Origin: Candidatus Caldarchaeum sp.
GTDB lineage: Archaea; Thermoproteota; Nitrososphaeria_A; Caldarchaeales; Caldarchaeaceae
DNA: 21,620 bases
Assembly: GCA_038844785.1 (NCBI GenBank)
Contig: JAWBRA010000026.1
Coordinates: forward strand, 1 to 21,620
Reading direction: 5' to 3'
Part shown: positions 16,721-21,620 of the stretch, piece after piece
Numbering within the stretch: the stretch's first letter is position 1
Layout of the letters: the number at the start of each line of letters is the position of its first letter
Notes under the pieces: generated by a model
Databases searched by the model: none
What the model was told of the DNA's origin: nothing
The model's input: only the letters and a program-made list of their open reading frames with translations
Translations under genes and position numbers: made by a program

Positions 16721-19651
16721 CTAACTCACCTTCTCAACCCTGCAGAGACAAACCTTGGTCTCAGGTATGTTTCCGTGGATGTCGACGGCGTCTATCGTGA
16801 TGTTGTTGGCTATCGGTCCTGTGCTCAGGCCTTTGAAGCCCCAGTGCCATGGCATAGCCACAACATGAAGCTTCCGCCCGTTGACGTTAAGCGGCTTCAA
16901 CCTGTCTGTGACGATTGCTTTGACCTCGATGCTTCCTCTAGCCGTGGTCACCCTAACTATGTCTCCGCTCTTGACGCCTAGGTCGGCGGCAAGCTGCCTA
17001 TCCATTTCGACAAACATCTCGGGATGAAGCTCCACAAGCCACGGCAAGTTCCTCGTCATCGCTCCCGCCTGCATGTGTTCAGTAACCCTGAAAGTGGTCA
17101 GCACGACAGGAAATTCCTCAGGCCTTCCTTTCTTCACAGGGAAGCGTTCATCCCACACCGTCGGATATTTGGCGGCTAGCTCTGGCACGGGGCTTTCCAC
17201 TGGCTCGTTGTGGAGAGGCATGCCGTGTTTCAGCGGATGCCTGTCGGGCTTAGAGGGGTCGTAGAGACCTGTCGGCCCTCCGGCCCAGATGGCGGCTTTG
17301 TCCAACCCAATCCAAGCTCCTCCGGGCTTGTCCAAAGGCTCTGGGCTATGTGCCCACCACACAAAAAATCCTCTCACTCTGTTCTTGTCTTCAGGCGGCT
17401 CGTTTAAATCATACAGGTTTCTCTGGTTTGTCATCCAAGACCAGCCCCAGTTTTTGAACAAGCCGTACTGTCTGTCGTATTCGTCAGCAGGCGTCGGGTC
17501 ACGTCTCTTAGCCATTATACCGTCAAGCTCCGGCGCTGTTTCAAGGTCGTAGGCGCTGAACCTCTTTCCTGGGCCGGGGAATCGGTACAGCGCGTTTGTA
17601 TGGGCTATTTCCTTGTAAACCGCTTCAGGAGTGCCTGTCGGCTCAAAGCTCGTGGGCCAGTTAGCGTCAACGCCAACCGCTCCTGACACAGGGTTTTTCG
17701 CCCTATTCAGCTTCACATCCATCTCCTTCTCAAACAGCTCCGACGGCAGAAGAACCCCCTCCTTCTTCAGCTCCGCCCTGATTCTTCTGAAAAGCTCTGT
17801 GAGGAAAGTAAGCTCATCCATACATTCTCCAGGCGGGTCGACGGCCTTCCAACGCCACTGCACCCACCGGCCGGTGTTCGTCACAGAACCGCTTCTCTCC
17901 ACCTGGACGGTGCCGGGTAGAAGAAGGTCGGCGAAATGCGCTGTCTCGGTCTCGAAAATTTCGTAGCAGATCATGAACAGGTCAGAGTTTGCAAATGTTT
18001 CATGGACGTTGTAGGCTGCGTTTGCAAGGGAGACTGCGTTGTTTCCGGCAAAGTTGAACAACACCTTGATTTTGCCGTCTTTTATCGCTCTGTACATCTG
18101 GACCGTGGGGTATCCAACTCCGATGGGTATGTCTGATATCACGGGTTCGTTGTCGGGGTCGACGCCTGGATATGTTCCGATGTAAACCCCCCAGTACTGT
18201 TCAAGCCACTCCCACGTCGGAAACATTCTAGCAGGACCCCATCGCCAGTAAGCCCAGTATCCGTTGTCCTTCAGCTTCTTCTCGTAGCCGGCTTTGTCGT
18301 TCTTCCACTTCTGGTATTCGCGGACATCCTTCGGGCTTCTCGGCGGAACCCTGTAACCCATTATGAGGTGGGAGAGGATGTTCATGTCGGTCGAGCCCTG
18401 CACGTTGCTTATGCCTCTCAAAGCACCTATCTGAGCCCCAGGCTTGCCTACGTTGCCGAGAACCAGCTGCAGTATTGCCATCGCCCTTATCGCGTATGTC
18501 GCGTTGGTGTGCTGTGTTGTGCCCATCGAGTAGAGGATGGAACCGGGCCTCGTCGTCGTGTAAACCCGGCATATCTCCTCAAACTTCTCTTTCGGAATGC
18601 CTGTTATGCGGGAAACCTCTTCAGGCGTGTAAGGTTCGACAAGCTTTTTCAGCTTGCTGAAGATTGATTGAGGGTGGTCGAGCCCCACCTCCAAACCCTC
18701 AAAGGTGTAGGGTGCGTTGGTTCTTGTTTCGAGAAACTTTCTGTCAATGAGACTGTTCTCTATCGCATACCTAATCATCCCCAGATAGATTGCTGTCTCA
18801 GACCCCGGCCTGAACGGGGCGTAGATGTCGGCCCATGAAGAGCTTCGTGTAAACCTCGGGTCGAGTGAAATCAGCTTCGCACCAGCCTCTCTCGCTCTCT
18901 GAACCCATCTGAAAACGATTGGATGCTGTTCAGCTGCGTTGCTGCCTATGATCATTATGGATTTAGCGTTTTTGAGGTCTATCGGATGGTTTGTCTGAGC
19001 TCCGAAGCCGAAGGTGTTTGCTAAAGCCGCGACGGTTGATGCGTGGCAGAGCCTCGCCTGATGCTCAATGTTCAGCGAACCTAATATGGACATCAGCTTT
19101 TTCTCAAGATAGCATTCTTCGTTGTTGAAGTATGCTGAGCCCCATAACGCTATTGGCGAGTCTTTCCCAACCCAGTAGTAGCCGTCTTGGTGTTTTACGC
19201 TTTTTTCATAAACAGATTTGAAGATGTCGGCAACTTTTTTCGCTATCGTGGAGAAGGCTTCGTCCCAGGTTATTCTCTGCCAGCCTGGGTCTTGGTCCAC
19301 TCCTTTCTTAGGGTTCGTCCTCTTCATAGGATACTTCAGCCGTCGCTCGCTGTTGATGAGCTGGAGGTATGCGTTGCCCTTGCTGCACAAGGCTCCTTCG
19401 TTGATGGGGTGCTGGGGGTCGCCCTCAACGTCCACAACCTTTCCGTCGACAACCGTCACAAGCATTCCGCAGCCCACAGCACAGTAGGGACAGATGGTTG
19501 GAACCTTCCTGCCTTCCTTGATTTTTCGCGTGTCCCCAGGCTCTGCCCCAGCTTCAATAAGTACAGCGGGCAGGGTGGTGGCCAGTGCGGCAGCTCCACC
19601 CAGCTTTAGGAACCCCCTCCTATCTATCTCGAAAAGAGTTTCTTCTGCCAT
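16721..19651 (-). CDS. Tat-exported formate dehydrogenase alpha subunit (FdnG/FdoG-like, Cys-type)
   Basis: Tat motif DRRGFLK; CPYCAVGC...C; EHQARLCHASTV with TGC at 19046-19048 in the Sec/Cys position; ALRGISNVQGSTD; GSVTNTGRWVQWR; TTFRVTEH; IPETK. Confidence 0.95.
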   Translation of the reverse strand: MAEETLFEIDRRGFLKLGGAAALATTLPAVLIEAGAEPGDTRKIKEGRKVPTICPYCAVGCGMLVTVVDGKVVDVEGDPQHPINEGALCSKGNAYLQLINSERRLKYPMKRTNPKKGVDQDPGWQRITWDEAFSTIAKKVADIFKSVYEKSVKHQDGYYWVGKDSPIALWGSAYFNNEECYLEKKLMSILGSLNIEHQARLCHASTVAALANTFGFGAQTNHPIDLKNAKSIMIIGSNAAEQHPIVFRWVQRAREAGAKLISLDPRFTRSSSWADIYAPFRPGSETAIYLGMIRYAIENSLIDRKFLETRTNAPYTFEGLEVGLDHPQSIFSKLKKLVEPYTPEEVSRITGIPKEKFEEICRVYTTTRPGSILYSMGTTQHTNATYAIRAMAILQLVLGNVGKPGAQIGALRGISNVQGSTDMNILSHLIMGYRVPPRSPKDVREYQKWKNDKAGYEKKLKDNGYWAYWRWGPARMFPTWEWLEQYWGVYIGTYPGVDPDNEPVISDIPIGVGYPTVQMYRAIKDGKIKVLFNFAGNNAVSLANAAYNVHETFANSDLFMICYEIFETETAHFADLLLPGTVQVERSGSVTNTGRWVQWRWKAVDPPGECMDELTFLTELFRRIRAELKKEGVLLPSELFEKEMDVKLNRAKNPVSGAVGVDANWPTSFEPTGTPEAVYKEIAHTNALYRFPGPGKRFSAYDLETAPELDGIMAKRRDPTPADEYDRQYGLFKNWGWSWMTNQRNLYDLNEPPEDKNRVRGFFVWWAHSPEPLDKPGGAWIGLDKAAIWAGGPTGLYDPSKPDRHPLKHGMPLHNEPVESPVPELAAKYPTVWDERFPVKKGRPEEFPVVLTTFRVTEHMQAGAMTRNLPWLVELHPEMFVEMDRQLAADLGVKSGDIVRVTTARGSIEVKAIVTDRLKPLNVNGRKLHVVAMPWHWGFKGLSTGPIANNITIDAVDIHGNIPETKVCLCRVEKVS

Positions 19652-19771
19652 GGGGGCCCCCTTAAAATATGTATTGGGGCTGTTGTAATTATGTATTATC
19701 TATATTCTTGACTTATAATCATTAAACAAGCAAACACGCTAAATAAGGATAATGGAGATTGTCAAGCCCAG

Positions 19772-20227
19772 TTACGCTCCGGCCGCCGTCATTTTGTCGA
19801 GAACCTGCAGGGACTCTCTCACGTGTTTGTCGGGCATCATGCCTTCTACCACATACAGTATTACGCCTTTCTCGTCGACTACGAACGTCTTCCTCTTTAC
19901 CATGCCGAACAAACCCAGCGCATCGTATTTTCTGCAAACGCTTCCATCCCTGTCGCTGAGAAGCAGGTGAGTCAGCTGGTGTTTTTCGGCGAAGCGTTTG
20001 TGGCTCTCAAGGCTGTCACGGCTTATGCCCAGAACAACCGCGCCGCGTTTCTCGAACTCCGGCAGCATGTCCCTGAGCAGGCAGTTCTCGCGAGTGCATC
20101 CCGGCGAACCATCCTTGGGATAGAAGAAGAGAACAACTCTACGGCCTCTGAGGCTGGAGAGCTGTATGACGCCGCCGTTAGAGGATGGCAGCGTAAAGTC
20201 AGGCGCTATGTCGCCGGCTTTAACCAT
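19772..20227 (-). CDS. bcp: Peroxiredoxin, BCP/PrxQ family
   Basis: APDFTL, VVLFFYPKDGSPGCTRENC (PxxxSxxC plus resolving Cys), GISRD..SHKRF, LLSD. Confidence 0.93.
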   Translation of the reverse strand: MVKAGDIAPDFTLPSSNGGVIQLSSLRGRRVVLFFYPKDGSPGCTRENCLLRDMLPEFEKRGAVVLGISRDSLESHKRFAEKHQLTHLLLSDRDGSVCRKYDALGLFGMVKRKTFVVDEKGVILYVVEGMMPDKHVRESLQVLDKMTAAGA

Positions 20228-20302
20228 GCGGGTAGGGGAGAGAGTCTGTCTTATCGCTGTTTCGCTACTACAACTTTAAAAGAGACCTGGAGAAGAGTAA
20301 AC

Positions 20303-20355
20303 AACGTGATGAAAGCGGGTATTTCTGATAGGTGATGAAACGCCCGTTCTGACAA
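20303..20355 (+). ncRNA. Archaeal C/D box sRNA (2'-O-methylation guide)
   Basis: Box C GTGATGA 20306-20312, guide AAGCGGGTATTT, box D' CTGA 20325-20328, box C' GTGATGA 20332-20338, guide AACGCCCGTT, box D CTGA 20349-20352; TATA TTTAAAA at 20275-20281. Confidence 0.85.
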
Positions 20356-20574
20356 TACCCGCGGCAATACGCTACTTCTGCTCTTCCATACTTTTTTGCG
20401 GTTTGTGTTGAACTGCTTGGATACGACTTTGCATGGGTCGGCATGGCTTTTTGTTTCTTTAAATAGAAAGCTTATATGATGTATTACTTGGGGGGTCCAT
20501 TTAGAGGAGGGTTTATAGGTGTATGGGAATGGAAAACACATCGGAGATGGAGAGGTATCGAGCCACACCCCCTC

Positions 20575-20627
20575 GCCACCACTAAGCCCTGTCCAGCCTC
20601 ATGGAAGTCCTAGTATTTTGGCGATAT
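20575..20627 (-). repeat. Conserved structured 3' trailer of tRNA-Gln, copy 2
   Basis: 53 bp highly similar to 14129-14181. Confidence 0.7.
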
Positions 20628-20701
20628 TAGCCCCGGCCGGATTTGAACCGGCGTCTCAGGGTCCAGAGCCCTGCATCCTTAACCACCTAGACGACAGGGC
20701 T
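20628..20701 (-). tRNA. tRNA-Gln (anticodon CTG)
   Basis: AGCCCTGTCGTCTAGGTGGTTAAGGATGCAGGGCTCTGGACCCTGAGACGCCGGTTCAAATCCGGCCGGGGCTA; anticodon loop CT-CTG-GA; TATA at 20727-20734. Confidence 0.96.
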
Positions 20702-20819
20702 GTCTACCGTGTAGATTTTGATACGGTTATTTATTCATACTGGTTCTGAACCCATCTAACACAGCGCTCCTTCGACAAAGAAAAAACAGCGACAACAATA
20801 CATAAGCAAGACATACAAA

Positions 20820-20861
20820 AAGGAAAAAATGAGGGGAGAGTTGGCTGGAGGCCGCCAGCAG
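20820..20861 (-). repeat. ~42-bp repeat, copy 2 (shared with the 3' end of the LAGLIDADG pseudogene)
   Basis: Aligns to 13982-14022 in inverted orientation and directly abuts the 20861-20976 hairpin. Confidence 0.75.
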
Positions 20862-20976
20862 AACAACATCAAGAAACCCATGGGAAAGGCCGGCTAATAC
20901 CCGTTGGACTGTATCCTATAGGATACAGCTATTGTCATCAGCGCCGGCCTTTCTATAGGGTTTTTCCCTGCTGTTC
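20861..20976 (-). ncRNA. Putative structured ncRNA 3' of the IS110-like gene (bridge/seekRNA-like hairpin)
   Basis: Nested stems on the minus strand: GAACAGCA/TGTTGTTC, AAACCC/GGGTTT, GAAAGGCCGGC/GCCGGCCTTTC (11 bp), a 14x14 internal loop, and apical CTGTATCC-TATA-GGATACAG. Confidence 0.6.
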
Positions 20977-21620
20977 AGGCCGGCGCCTCCAGCCTTTCCT
21001 GGGTTTCCCTAACAGTCTTCCAGATTCTCCTTAGCAGTTGTTCTTCGTCCCTTGCTCTGTGGTATGCGTTTTTCAGAACTGCTGCTGTCAGCCTTACAAG
21101 CGCGTGTCGCGCCGGTTTGCTGTAGAATTTATTGACTCCCTTCTTGCCTTCGTAGAGGCCGAAGAACTTTTTGAGACGTTTGAAAGACTTGGTTCTTTCA
21201 ACGTATGGTATTATCTCTGCTAAGGCCTCTTTTGCAATTAGATGGTTTTCTCCCGTTATTCCAAGCTCCTCCACCACCTTTTTGAACTGCGAGTATCTCT
21301 TCTCTGCCTCGGAGACAATTGATGAAGCCGTTTCCATCATAGATTTTTCGGCAGCGTTGGCAATCTCCATCAGAAGCCTTCTCTCAGCATCAGGCAGGGC
21401 CTTAGCCCTGTTAAGGTAGCTGAGATATGTCCTTTGAAGGCTTCTGAACACTACCGCAAGCCGGCGAATTACCAAGTAGTTCTCGTCAACTTCGAAAAAC
21501 CAGCGTGAGTCAATATGCATTATCGCTCTTATGTCGTTTCTCGCCGTCTTCGAAAGCCCAAGCTCTTCACGCTTCTTGGCCATCACCATCATTCTCCGAA
21601 GGTAGAAAACCCTAACACCA
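20975..21620 (-). CDS. Divergent IS110-family/Nop-domain-like protein, 5'-truncated by the window edge
   Basis: Frame is open to the edge (GVRVFYLRRMMVM...). SKTARNDIRAI resembles IS110 KTDxxDAxxIA; a coiled-coil follows; LGITG...ALAEII...SFKRLKKFFGL resembles IS110 PGIG...ILAEIG...F.S..QLASYAGL. Assigned by motif recognition only. Confidence 0.55.
   Translation of the reverse strand, partial: GVRVFYLRRMMVMAKKREELGLSKTARNDIRAIMHIDSRWFFEVDENYLVIRRLAVVFRSLQRTYLSYLNRAKALPDAERRLLMEIANAAEKSMMETASSIVSEAEKRYSQFKKVVEELGITGENHLIAKEALAEIIPYVERTKSFKRLKKFFGLYEGKKGVNKFYSKPARHALVRLTAAVLKNAYHRARDEEQLLRRIWKTVRETQERLEAPA

Noticed and set aside
19046-19048. Selenocysteine recoding in the formate dehydrogenase
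   Set aside because: The active-site codon is TGC (Cys) and the frame has no internal TGA.
14182-20701. Classical attL/attR of an integrated element
   Set aside because: Both tRNA copies are full length, with different anticodons and their own promoters, and no integrase lies between them. Kept only as a weaker finding.
19823-20749. ORFs 19823-20335(+), 20251-20568(-) and 20519-20749(+) as proteins
   Set aside because: They overlap bcp, the C/D sRNA or tRNA-Gln and have no recognisable domain.
1-21620. CRISPR or TIGR-type tandem array
   Set aside because: No regularly spaced repeat series was seen; the IS110-like locus has one hairpin, not an array.

Overview
Archaeal chromosomal segment; TATA/BRE promoters, MptA/MptE, an ATP-dependent ligase and a C/D box sRNA are seen directly, while a thermophilic Caldarchaeales/'Aigarchaeota'-like origin is only my inference. 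From left to right: the 3' end of an IS6-like element; a nitroreductase / HxlR / DoxX redox-stress cluster; a three-gene Tat-exported molybdopterin oxidoreductase operon (ArrA/ArxA/PsrA-like, FeS subunit, NrfD anchor); DNA ligase; a collapsed HEPN-MNT pseudogene; an mptA-mptE-(pyrI::pyrE fusion)-pyrF operon; an HTH-LAGLIDADG pseudogene; tRNA-Gln(UUG); DUF211; a Cys-type formate dehydrogenase operon; a Bcp peroxiredoxin; a C/D box sRNA; tRNA-Gln(CUG); and a divergent IS110/Nop-like gene cut by the window edge. The most interesting signal is at the right end. The IS110-like protein appears to lack catalytic residues and is followed by a ~116-nt hairpin with a 14x14 internal loop. The two loop arms together match a 12-bp site (TGACAATACCCG, 20350-20361) about 540 bp away, in the geometry of an IS110 bridge-RNA loop, which makes this a candidate single-loop RNA-guided system. 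Other points of note are a conserved structured trailer behind both tRNA-Gln genes, a PyrI-PyrE fusion and an Arr/Arx-like enzyme with an atypical substrate motif.
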